The translations under genes and the position numbers were made by a program. A stretch of 51,410 nucleotides of DNA from a virus (lineage: Duplodnaviria > Caudoviricetes), in the IMG/VR virus record IMGVR_UViG_3300048574_000548, positions 1 to 51,410 of that record. One strand, given 5' to 3'. Below, piece after piece: positions 27,416-36,345 of this stretch. Below the pieces are notes generated by a model, which had not been told where the DNA came from, did no database searches, and was given only the letters and a program-made list of their open reading frames with translations. Numbering within the stretch: the stretch's first letter is position 1; each line of letters begins with the position of its first letter.

Positions 27416-27885
27416 GTATTGTTCCAAAGTTCACAAAGAAAGAGATCAGCCAGATGCTGGAAAAGAAGCGTAAAAGCATCCACAGGGCTATTCTGTTGAA
27501 CATGCAGCGTATCGGTGAAGAGTTTGTGAAAAGGGCCCGTAACAATAAGACCTACAAGGACCGTACTGCAAACCTTCGCTCTTCCATTGGCTATGTGGTA
27601 CTATACAATGGCCAGCAGCTGTATCAAAGCTTCCAGGAGTTTCCACCAGCAGAAGAGCAGAAAGGAAAAGCCGGCGTAAGCAATGGCGTGGAGAAAGCAA
27701 AGGACCTGGTAGAAGATGCGAAGAGAAGGTTTCCAAAAGGCTTTGTACTGATCGGTGTGGCAGGTATGGAGTACGCTGCAGCGGTTGAAGCGAATGGAAT
27801 GGACGTGATCACCAATGCCAGTATTGCTGCAGAAGCTGATTTAAGAGCAGCTGTTAAAAGGATCACAAAAAAGACTGGCAGATGA
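27406..27885 (+). CDS. HK97 gp10-like neck/tail completion protein
   Basis: YKDRTANLRSSIGY, AGMEYAAAVE. Confidence 0.75.
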   Translation: MAVSIVPKFTKKEISQMLEKKRKSIHRAILLNMQRIGEEFVKRARNNKTYKDRTANLRSSIGYVVLYNGQQLYQSFQEFPPAEEQKGKAGVSNGVEKAKDLVEDAKRRFPKGFVLIGVAGMEYAAAVEANGMDVITNASIAAEADLRAAVKRITKKTGR

Positions 27886-28307
27886 AAACACCAATAGAAA
27901 TAGTTGACGACCTGCACCAGTTCATCAAAGAAAGTTCTTTACAGCAGGCATTGAAAACAGGCGGTGGTGTATATAAAATAACCCGACCAACCGGAAGCAC
28001 AAAGGAAGATGTTGTGATCAACTGCCTGCCGGTGCCAAACACACAACTGCAGTTAACTATCGCTAATGTCAACCTGCATGTACCAGATATTTCAATATCG
28101 AAGAATGGAACGGTGACGAAAGTACCTGATATAAAAAGGTTGAATGAATTGGCGGTGATTGCCTGGGATCTGCTGAAAGAGAATTATGAGAACAGTGAGT
28201 ATCACTGGGAGCTGCAGCAGATGACCAATCCTTTTGAAGATGAAGTGGCCGGAAGCCACTATATCAATATACGAATTGAGTTTTATTCATTAAATATTTC
28301 AAACTAA
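27882..28307 (+). CDS. Tail terminator protein
   Basis: EDVVIN, NVNLHVPD, HYINIRI; position before the tail tube gene. Confidence 0.65.
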   Translation: MKTPIEIVDDLHQFIKESSLQQALKTGGGVYKITRPTGSTKEDVVINCLPVPNTQLQLTIANVNLHVPDISISKNGTVTKVPDIKRLNELAVIAWDLLKENYENSEYHWELQQMTNPFEDEVAGSHYINIRIEFYSLNISN

Positions 28308-28311
28308 GAAA

Positions 28312-29082
28312 ATGGCAAAGAAAATATTCGGTCTTGCAGCAGTTGAAATGGGCACAATAGAGCCTGATGGAGGTATGGCAACCTCATTAACGCCTGTTGG
28401 TGAAACTGTTTCCGGAACGGCTACAATGGCGCAGGAGGACAATACGACCACCAATTTCACGATTGAAGAGTCAAGTTCTCCAATCGAGTCTTTCATTTCA
28501 GAATCTGGAGCGATCTCGTTCGCCTGGTCATCCTATAAGATCGATTCAGCTACGCTGTATAAATTTTTCGGTGGCGTGGTGACTGCTTTTGCAGCACCTG
28601 GTAGAGTGCTTACAGTGGGATCTATTACAGCTGGTTCTCTGTATACCAATGGGAGCTACCCAGGTGTTCCACTCACAGGCGGAACAGGCACCGGTGCTAC
28701 TGCAGATATTACAGTGGCAGGTGGTATAGTGACTACAGTTACGCTTGTCAATCGTGGTTCCGGATACACAATAGGCGATGAGCTGAGTGCAGCCGCAGCT
28801 TCAATAGGCGGCACAGGCTCTGGATTTGAAATTCCTGTTGCAACTGTTGGAACACTGGTGAAAGAGAAATGGGCTGCTCCTGACGAGTTCCCGGACATTG
28901 AAGCTTCCCTTAAGCTGACCGACAAGAAGGGTAATATCGTTACTCTTCCTCGCGTAAAGATCTCTTCAAAGATGAACGTTGCTTTTTCAAAGGAATCGCT
29001 TGGTCAGCTGGACATGGTTGCTACCGTTCTGCAACCCACAAAAGTGGGTGAGCCAAGGATCACCTTCGAGTTCGCTGCTTAA
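28312..29082 (+). CDS. Major tail (tube) protein with inserted Gly/Thr-rich beta domain
   Basis: Position, followed by a terminator; insert GSLYTNGSYPGVPLTGGTGTGATADITV...GSGYTIGD. Confidence 0.75.
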   Translation: MAKKIFGLAAVEMGTIEPDGGMATSLTPVGETVSGTATMAQEDNTTTNFTIEESSSPIESFISESGAISFAWSSYKIDSATLYKFFGGVVTAFAAPGRVLTVGSITAGSLYTNGSYPGVPLTGGTGTGATADITVAGGIVTTVTLVNRGSGYTIGDELSAAAASIGGTGSGFEIPVATVGTLVKEKWAAPDEFPDIEASLKLTDKKGNIVTLPRVKISSKMNVAFSKESLGQLDMVATVLQPTKVGEPRITFEFAA

Positions 29083-29104
29083 TCAAAATCCTTTAATAAA
29101 ACCG

Positions 29105-29135
29105 AAAGCTCCTTGTAAAACCGGGAGCTTTTTTT
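29105..29135 (+). terminator. Intrinsic terminator after the tail tube gene
   Basis: AAAGCTCCT...GGGAGCTTT plus T7. Confidence 0.75.
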
Positions 29136-29139
29136 CTGT

Positions 29140-29670
29140 ATGGAGAAAGAAACTATCAAAACGCTTTCAGATGTCGTAGATGCAGTGACCACCAAGGAAA
29201 CTACGATCGAGTTTGATATACATCCGCGCAATAAACTGCATGCATGGCTACAAAAAAAAGGACGAAAGCCGCTGAAAAAAAAGTATGTGTTGAGGCCGAT
29301 CACTACGGGCAACCTGTACCGGATCAGTCGCCTGCTGCTATCGATCAACATAGGGCCAGAGCAGATCAAGAATGGTTTCTCAATAGAGACTTTTCACCAC
29401 GCGGTAGTGGAGCATGTAGATACAATGATCAGGATCTGTGCGATTGGGATTCACAATTCAAGGACTGAACCAGGTGCGGAACTGCTGGATGAGATCCGCT
29501 GGAACTTATCTGCGCCGGAGGTACTGCAGGTAGCGATGATCATTCTTCAGCAGATGAACCCGTCGGTTTTTATGCAATCTATCATCTTGATGAGAGGCTT
29601 GAACATTCTGCAAAGCGTAGAGACGAAGAAAGAGCCAAACGAGGTGAGCCAGCTCTTTCAGGGGAGTTAA
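29140..29670 (+). CDS. Tail assembly chaperone (gpG-like)
   Basis: Between tail tube and tape measure genes. Confidence 0.7.
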   Translation: MEKETIKTLSDVVDAVTTKETTIEFDIHPRNKLHAWLQKKGRKPLKKKYVLRPITTGNLYRISRLLLSINIGPEQIKNGFSIETFHHAVVEHVDTMIRICAIGIHNSRTEPGAELLDEIRWNLSAPEVLQVAMIILQQMNPSVFMQSIILMRGLNILQSVETKKEPNEVSQLFQGS

Positions 29671-29684
29671 ATAGCCCCTGGGAA

Positions 29685-29870
29685 ATGATCGGCGGAGTGA
29701 TCAAATACTTCCGCTTCAGTTACGACTATGTGCTTTGGGAGATATCCTATCAAAACCTGGCCATGCTCCTGGCGACCATCCCCACCTATGAGGCGCAGGA
29801 CCTGGAGAAAGGAAAAGAAAAAGTAGAACACGTCAGTGGTCTCGATGCATTGCAGGAATTCTTTAAATAA
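29685..29870 (+). CDS. Tail assembly chaperone extension (gpT-like)
   Basis: In the -1 frame of the upstream gene and open across its stop; YVLWEISYQNLAML. Confidence 0.65.
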   Translation: MIGGVIKYFRFSYDYVLWEISYQNLAMLLATIPTYEAQDLEKGKEKVEHVSGLDALQEFFK

Positions 29871-29875
29871 TTATC

Positions 29876-32800
29876 ATGGCCTTGAATGTTAATGGTGAAC
29901 CGTTGGAGTTTGATGCGCTCGTCAAGGATAGCCAGTTAGAAGCGGCTATCCGGAGGATCGAAGCGCAGCTGCAGGGTCTTACCAGGACGGCAGAGAAGGA
30001 AGCGAAAGCAATTGACAACCTCGTTCAGAAAGCAGCAAAGGCTATTGCCGGCTATGCAACATTTGCTGCCGGCGCCAATTTTATTCAGGATATTATCCGG
30101 GTCCGTGGTGAGATGGAGCAGCTGGAGGTGGCATTTACCACGATGCTACAGAGCAAGGAGAAAGCGGACAAACTCATGCAGGAGATCGTGGAGTTTGCAG
30201 CCACTACTCCTTTTGAATTGAAAGAAGTCGCTGGTGCTACCAAGCAACTCCTGGCATTCGGAATTCCTGCAGAGAAGATCAAGGACACGCTTCGCCAACT
30301 GGGCGATGTAAGTGCCGGCATTGGCCAGCCGCTTGGAGAGATTGCTTATCTGTTCGGCACTATTAAAACGCAAGGAACTGCATTCACTCAGGATGTCCGT
30401 CAGTTTGCTCAGCGAGGTATCCCGGTATATGAAGAGTTGGCTAAGGTCCTGGGCGTGTCCGTGGAAAAGGTAGGAGATTTTATTTCTGCAGGAAAAGTTG
30501 GTTTCCCGGAGATCGAACAGGTTTTTAAAAACCTTACAGCTGCAGGATCCCAGTTTGGTGGTTTGATGGAAGCGCAATCTAAAACTTTGCTGGGCCAGAT
30601 CAGCAACCTGCGGGATGGTTGGGAACAGATGTTAAATGCAATCGGTAAATCAAACCAGGGTGTATTTAATGACGCAGTCGCTGGCCTTTCCTTCCTGGTG
30701 GAGAATTACCAAACCGTCCTGGATATTCTTAAGGTACTCATCATTACATACGGTTCTTATAAGGCTGCGATAGTGGCTACCAATGTAGTGCAGGCAATTG
30801 CTACGAACCTGGCGAAAGGGTATACTATAGCAGAAACGCTTCGATACCAAGCAATGCTGCTGAGCGAAAGGGCTATGAAGTTGCTCAATGCAACTTTGCT
30901 CAAAAATCCGGCAGCGTTAATAGTATCAAGCATTGCAGCACTGACTTCTGCATTGATCATTTTCGGACGAGCAAGCACTGAAGCTTCAAGAATGACCAAG
31001 CTGCTGAATGACGTGAACGAAGAAGCAGAGAAAGCATTTACTAAAGAGAAAAACAGCCTGGAAGCGCTGCTGAAAGTATCGAAGGACGAGACACTGAGCA
31101 AGCAACAGCGCCAGGCAGCCATCAAGAAGTTGAATGAGTTAGCTCCTGAATACCTGGGAAATCTTACACTGGAGAACCTGAAAACGAAAGAAGGTACTGA
31201 TGCGATAGAAAAATACATCAAAGCACTGCAGCGTAAGGCTAAGGCACAGGCGATCAGTAATAAGCTGACGGAGATCGAGGGTGCAAAGATCGACATCCAG
31301 ACGAAGATGAACAAGGCAATGGCCGAAGGTGGGTTTATTGCCAGGGAGTTCCAGCAGCAAGGTGCGAAGGCCCTTGCAGAAGCAGATAAGCAGATCAAGG
31401 AACTGCAGGATATGCAGGCAAAGGCATTGGCGGAGGAGCTCGCAGCAGAAGGGGATCGTCAGGCGGCTAAAGCCAGGACGCTGTCAGTGATTGATGAAGA
31501 GATCAAAGCCCTGAAGAAGGCGCAGCAGGATGAATCCAGCACCCGGGCGAGATACCTGGAATTTGAAACAAAGATCAAAGCCCTGGAGGAAGAGCGGAAG
31601 AAAATTGCCGGTGCAACAAAGTCGGAGACAAGAGCTGCGCAGGTTGAAGAGAATAAGGCGCTGAAGTTGCTGGAAAAAAGAAAGGACCTGCTGGAAGCTA
31701 TTGCTGAAAAGCAGCGGGAGTCGGAGAGGTCGGGCTTTACCAAGCAGGAAAGTGAGATCGACAAGATAAATGAACGGTATGATGACCTGATCCGCAATAT
31801 CGATGAGTACAATAAAAAGGTGGATGAGTTCAATAAAAAGAATCCGAAGAACCAGGTTGCGAAAGTCGGCCAGCTCGATATCAATGCGCTGAATGCTTCC
31901 CGCCAGAATGAAATAACCAATCAGAAATTGTTAGATGACGCGGAAGCGTTTAAGAAGAACCTGGAGGACAGGAAAGCTTTATACGAAAGGTATGAAGAGG
32001 CAAGAAAGGAAGTAGGCATAAAGAAGGCCCGGGAGATGTTCGGTGAACAGATGAAGGATTATGATTCCTATTTGAAACTCTTGCAGGCAGAAACAGAAAA
32101 GCTGCTACCGAAGATTCAGTTTGGTATAGCCAATGTCGGAGAGGTGGAAAAGTTTAAAATTCTTGTAGAAGCTTATAAAGAAGCAAATGATGAGATAGAA
32201 AAGCAACGAGTTGCTATGGAAATGAGGAACTATGCCGAGTTGCTACAAGTTGCGGCTACTTATAACCAAAAGAAGGCAGCCATTGAAGATAAATACCGGC
32301 GTTTACGTGGGGCGCTTAACCGGAATGCAGACCTTCTGGAGTATAAGGAGAATCTGAAGAACCTGGAAAGGGCGAAGCAGGACGAGCTTGATGCTTTGGA
32401 TAATGATGTCACCCGTCAATCTGACTTATATAAACAGTTAAATCAGGATATTCTAAACTTCACTAGGGATCGTATTAAAAAGGAAATCGATCTCTTAAAG
32501 GATAAACTGAAAGTAGATACCAAGCTAACTCCCCAGCAGAAAGCTGATATTCAAAGCACGATTGATCAATATGAAGGTCTGCTTGATGCTACTAACGAAG
32601 TAGCAAAAGATTATAAGAAGCTCTCCGAAGATCTTGCAGCGATCAGCGGCATTTTCGGAAACTTAGGATCTGCAGTAGCTGACCTGAATGAAGGTCTGGC
32701 AGATACTCTGCAAACAATGGGAGAGATGGTTAGTGTTGCGGGCAATGTGGCTGGCGCTATTGCTTCGTTTGCATCGGGGAACATAATAGGCGGAATTGGC

Positions 32801-33892
32801 AGCATAGTCGGAGCCATCGGTGGCCTCTTTTCCCTCGGCAGCAAAGCCCGTGAATCTCGTCGTAAAGCACAGGCGGAACTGGAAGCTTACCAGATGAAAT
32901 TAATGACTGGTGAGATCGAGATAAATGAGCTATACCGAGAAAGAGAGCGCTCACAGATCCGCGTCAATGCCCTTACACTTGATGGCCTGAAAAAGCAAAA
33001 GGACCTCCTGCTGGAGCAGCAAAAGGCCGTACAGAAGCAATACAACGATGTTCTTGCCCAACTGCAGCAGCAAAACTACATCGTAGATAAAACTACCGAG
33101 AAGTATGGAGGCTTCCTGGGTGCCGGCAGAAAGACCCGTGTGGTGAATATCAATGCCACGATCGGCAACCAAAGTTTTGAGGATCTGGAAAAATTGTATA
33201 CCAGCGGCCGGCTGGAGGGAAAGGCAAAGGAACTATTTGAACTGCTGCAAAAGATCAAGCAGGAAGGCGCTGATATCAATGAACTCTTACTGCAGAATCA
33301 GGAAGAAGCCAGACAGATATTCACCGGCACTACTGCTGACAGCATTGTGGATGCAATTGCTGATGGCTTTAAGAATGGCCTTCGCACCGCTTCTGATTTC
33401 GCTGGCAACTTCGAGGATCTCATGCGCCAGGCGATCATCAATTCCCTGAAGTATAAGTACCTGGAAGCACCCCTGAATGATTTCTATGCCCAGTTCGCAG
33501 CAGCAGCAGAATCCAATGGTGAATTAACCTCCGGAGAGATTGAACAACTCAATGCGCTCTTCAAGGGCATCATTCAAACAACGCAACAACAATTTGATCA
33601 GCTGCAGCAGATATCCGGACTGAACCTTGGAGGTCTTAACGGCGGCCAGGCTAACAATCTTACAGGGGCTATACAAAGTATGTCCCAGCAATCGGCAGAC
33701 CTTATTGCTGGCCAGTTCGGTGGGCTGAGATTAACGGCCCTTGATATTCTGAATGTATCGAGAAGCTCACTGGAAGTTCACCAGATGATCCAGGCTAATA
33801 CCGGCCTCACAGCTTCCCGTATGTTGCTGCTACTGGAAAAGTTTGATCGGTATGAGAACGGAACCCGTCGCCTGAAAGTGGAGGTGATATAA
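29876..33892 (+). CDS. Tape measure protein
   Basis: 1338 aa helical; FAATTPFELKEV, QFAQRGIP, hydrophobic and coiled-coil segments. Confidence 0.92.
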   Translation: MALNVNGEPLEFDALVKDSQLEAAIRRIEAQLQGLTRTAEKEAKAIDNLVQKAAKAIAGYATFAAGANFIQDIIRVRGEMEQLEVAFTTMLQSKEKADKLMQEIVEFAATTPFELKEVAGATKQLLAFGIPAEKIKDTLRQLGDVSAGIGQPLGEIAYLFGTIKTQGTAFTQDVRQFAQRGIPVYEELAKVLGVSVEKVGDFISAGKVGFPEIEQVFKNLTAAGSQFGGLMEAQSKTLLGQISNLRDGWEQMLNAIGKSNQGVFNDAVAGLSFLVENYQTVLDILKVLIITYGSYKAAIVATNVVQAIATNLAKGYTIAETLRYQAMLLSERAMKLLNATLLKNPAALIVSSIAALTSALIIFGRASTEASRMTKLLNDVNEEAEKAFTKEKNSLEALLKVSKDETLSKQQRQAAIKKLNELAPEYLGNLTLENLKTKEGTDAIEKYIKALQRKAKAQAISNKLTEIEGAKIDIQTKMNKAMAEGGFIAREFQQQGAKALAEADKQIKELQDMQAKALAEELAAEGDRQAAKARTLSVIDEEIKALKKAQQDESSTRARYLEFETKIKALEEERKKIAGATKSETRAAQVEENKALKLLEKRKDLLEAIAEKQRESERSGFTKQESEIDKINERYDDLIRNIDEYNKKVDEFNKKNPKNQVAKVGQLDINALNASRQNEITNQKLLDDAEAFKKNLEDRKALYERYEEARKEVGIKKAREMFGEQMKDYDSYLKLLQAETEKLLPKIQFGIANVGEVEKFKILVEAYKEANDEIEKQRVAMEMRNYAELLQVAATYNQKKAAIEDKYRRLRGALNRNADLLEYKENLKNLERAKQDELDALDNDVTRQSDLYKQLNQDILNFTRDRIKKEIDLLKDKLKVDTKLTPQQKADIQSTIDQYEGLLDATNEVAKDYKKLSEDLAAISGIFGNLGSAVADLNEGLADTLQTMGEMVSVAGNVAGAIASFASGNIIGGIGSIVGAIGGLFSLGSKARESRRKAQAELEAYQMKLMTGEIEINELYRERERSQIRVNALTLDGLKKQKDLLLEQQKAVQKQYNDVLAQLQQQNYIVDKTTEKYGGFLGAGRKTRVVNINATIGNQSFEDLEKLYTSGRLEGKAKELFELLQKIKQEGADINELLLQNQEEARQIFTGTTADSIVDAIADGFKNGLRTASDFAGNFEDLMRQAIINSLKYKYLEAPLNDFYAQFAAAAESNGELTSGEIEQLNALFKGIIQTTQQQFDQLQQISGLNLGGLNGGQANNLTGAIQSMSQQSADLIAGQFGGLRLTALDILNVSRSSLEVHQMIQANTGLTASRMLLLLEKFDRYENGTRRLKVEVI

Positions 33893-33902
33893 ATATTATA
33901 CT

Positions 33903-34409
33903 ATGGCAGATTTAAGCGGATACTTCTTTATGGACGGCATGGACTTGTGGGTGAATTTCGGTCTGGTGATTGAGCGGGGGAGTGCTGACTTTCTTCGTTA
34001 CCCGCCGAAGAAGGAAAGCATCACACATGACTGGCTGGACAGTAACGGCGTTGATGTGGATCTCTCCCGCATCTTCTTCCAGGAACGGCAGGTGACACTC
34101 GCCTGCGGTATTATTGCTGACAGCGAGGAAGACTTCTGGCTAAGGCATGACAGTTTTATCGCTACCCTTACGCAGCCAGGCCTGCGCCGGCTAATGTTCA
34201 AGTCCCATGGAGACCGGCAGTACTTTGTGTATTACAAAGACTGCAGCAATTACACACAGATCAAAGCACTCAAAGGCCAGGAGGCTTCCATTTTAGGGCC
34301 CAACAAAGTGGCCGCCAAGTTCTCGCTCATCATCGAGGAGCCTAATCCATTTGTGGACAGTACACTCACAGTTATTGTTGACGAAGACGGGAGGTACCTG
34401 ACAACATGA
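33903..34409 (+). CDS. Distal tail (Dit-like) protein
   Basis: Follows TMP; DGMDLW..FG, HDWLDSNGVDVDL, EPNP. Confidence 0.7.
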   Translation: MADLSGYFFMDGMDLWVNFGLVIERGSADFLRYPPKKESITHDWLDSNGVDVDLSRIFFQERQVTLACGIIADSEEDFWLRHDSFIATLTQPGLRRLMFKSHGDRQYFVYYKDCSNYTQIKALKGQEASILGPNKVAAKFSLIIEEPNPFVDSTLTVIVDEDGRYLTT

Positions 34410-36277
34410 ACACGATCGATATATACCGTTCCGGCAGCTTATTGGTTACCATCAAACCGGATGGCAGCAGTAACCAGTCAAAGAAGATCATGGGAGAAAA
34501 TGTCCTGAACATCTCCTTTGATGATTCTCGCTTTATTCAGTTTGCGATTAACGACTACTGTACTGTTTTTGGTGAAAAATACATTCTTACCAAACTGCCA
34601 GGATATACAAAGCTTTCCCGGTTCCTTCACCGGTACAGTCTTATCCTGGTAGCTGAAGGCATGGAACTGGCAAAAACACAATGCCTGTTCCTCGGTGCAG
34701 GTAACACGCTTACGGAAGCTGACTTTTCACTTATGGGAACAGCGGATCAGTTTATCGACCTGGTGCTGCAGAACGCAAATAGAACCGGTTCCGGATGGAC
34801 AAAAGGACAGGTAATTGATGGAGGATATAAGAACCTTACTTTTTCAAAGGATAACTGCTATAATGCCCTTGGTAAGATCGCGGAAGCTTTTGAGACGGAA
34901 TTCTGGATAGTGGGCAAAACAATCCATCTCACCAAGAGAAGCAATGATACCGGGTATGCTTTTAAACATGGCCGCAATAATGGCCTGTATGAGATCAACC
35001 GGACCAATCTGAACGACAGCGATATCGTTACCAGGTTGTATGTTTTTGGTGCGGATAAGAACCTGCCCCCCAATTATAATGGTACAAGGCTCCGCCTACC
35101 CGGTTATTACCCTTATACCATTACTAACCTGACCTGCTATCAGTACGACCTGGTTGGTAGTGACAGGTGGTTTTATTTAAGCTACAGCCCGGTTACGTCT
35201 ACAGGCGTAACGGATATCAATATCGAATATCGGCTGCACGGTACAACGACCGTGCTGGGAACGATCGTTGCCGGTAATACAGTGGGTGCCACTTTCTTTC
35301 TGCCAGAAGGCGATTATGATTTCCGCTTTATAACGATTGGCGGCGTTGGCCATGGCCAGGCCACCAGCTGGGTGAACATCAACTCGGTTTTCACTGATCC
35401 TCTCTTCGCCGGCGGCTACCAGCCATACCTGGAGCAAAACGTAAGCAAGTATGGTGTGATTGAGTATACAGAAATATTTGACGACATTTTCCCGTCCCGT
35501 ACAGGTAAAGTAACTTCTGTCAATGCTTCCGATCCATTTAGGTTCTACGATACCAGTATTGACTTTGATATCAACGGCCAGCTGCTGCCTGGTGTCACGC
35601 CAAAGGTTGTTTTTAACACCGGCCAGCTCGCAGGTTACCAGTTTGATATAAGCAGGTTTGATAATGGCACTAAAGAGATCACTATACTGCAGAATAAGGA
35701 TGAGCGGAGTATTATTGTACCCAGCGTTGATCTGCGGCCGGCCATAGGTGATGAATATATCCTTATTGACCTGGTACTACCTCAGACATATATAGAAGCT
35801 GCAGAGATCAGGTTGCGTGATAAAGCGCAGGCGCTGCTGGACCAGCTCAGCCAGCCACAACTCAGCTATACCATGATCATAGATCCGGTATTTATGAAAA
35901 GGTATAACCGGTCCTTGCAGATCGGGGACATGATCTGGATGATCGACCTGCAGTTGGAGCTGCAGCGGAAGATCCGCGTTACAGCAACCAGTCGGAATAT
36001 CAACAATGAATATTCTTACCAGGTAGAGCTTTCTGACGTTATATCGCCAGGAACAATAAGCCTGATCATTAACGCACAGCAGACTTCATCTCAGGATATC
36101 CAGGGTATCAATCAGCTCCTGACCAACTACAGCATCTTTAACAACAAAGTGATCGGCGATCTACTCGTAAAGCAGGGATCTATCATTATAGAGATGCTAC
36201 CAACTACCAACACAATAACAGGGTTTTCAGAGATTTTGGTAGAAAATGCTACAGGAAAACTCTTCCGTAAGATTTAA
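34406..36277 (+). CDS. Tail hub/Tal-like protein
   Basis: IMGEN, IVTRLYVFGADKNLP, EIFDDIFPSRTG. Confidence 0.75.
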   Translation: MNTIDIYRSGSLLVTIKPDGSSNQSKKIMGENVLNISFDDSRFIQFAINDYCTVFGEKYILTKLPGYTKLSRFLHRYSLILVAEGMELAKTQCLFLGAGNTLTEADFSLMGTADQFIDLVLQNANRTGSGWTKGQVIDGGYKNLTFSKDNCYNALGKIAEAFETEFWIVGKTIHLTKRSNDTGYAFKHGRNNGLYEINRTNLNDSDIVTRLYVFGADKNLPPNYNGTRLRLPGYYPYTITNLTCYQYDLVGSDRWFYLSYSPVTSTGVTDINIEYRLHGTTTVLGTIVAGNTVGATFFLPEGDYDFRFITIGGVGHGQATSWVNINSVFTDPLFAGGYQPYLEQNVSKYGVIEYTEIFDDIFPSRTGKVTSVNASDPFRFYDTSIDFDINGQLLPGVTPKVVFNTGQLAGYQFDISRFDNGTKEITILQNKDERSIIVPSVDLRPAIGDEYILIDLVLPQTYIEAAEIRLRDKAQALLDQLSQPQLSYTMIIDPVFMKRYNRSLQIGDMIWMIDLQLELQRKIRVTATSRNINNEYSYQVELSDVISPGTISLIINAQQTSSQDIQGINQLLTNYSIFNNKVIGDLLVKQGSIIIEMLPTTNTITGFSEILVENATGKLFRKI

Positions 36278-36342
36278 TAAAGCAGAGAAACGCGATCCTG
36301 CCTTATCTCAAAGGCTGTTCATAGGCAGCCTTTATAGTTTGC
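36275..36342 (+). promoter_or_regulatory. Late promoter box copy 3 (upstream of fibre and secreted module)
   Basis: Same 27-mer at 36275-36301; ATAGTTTGC at 36334. Confidence 0.75.
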
Positions 36343-36345
36343 ACC

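Noticed and set aside
19036-36301. CRISPR array or att repeats from the 27-bp box
   Set aside because: The copies are kilobases apart, same orientation, in front of structural operons and at fixed spacing to a promoter element; no spacers or cas genes
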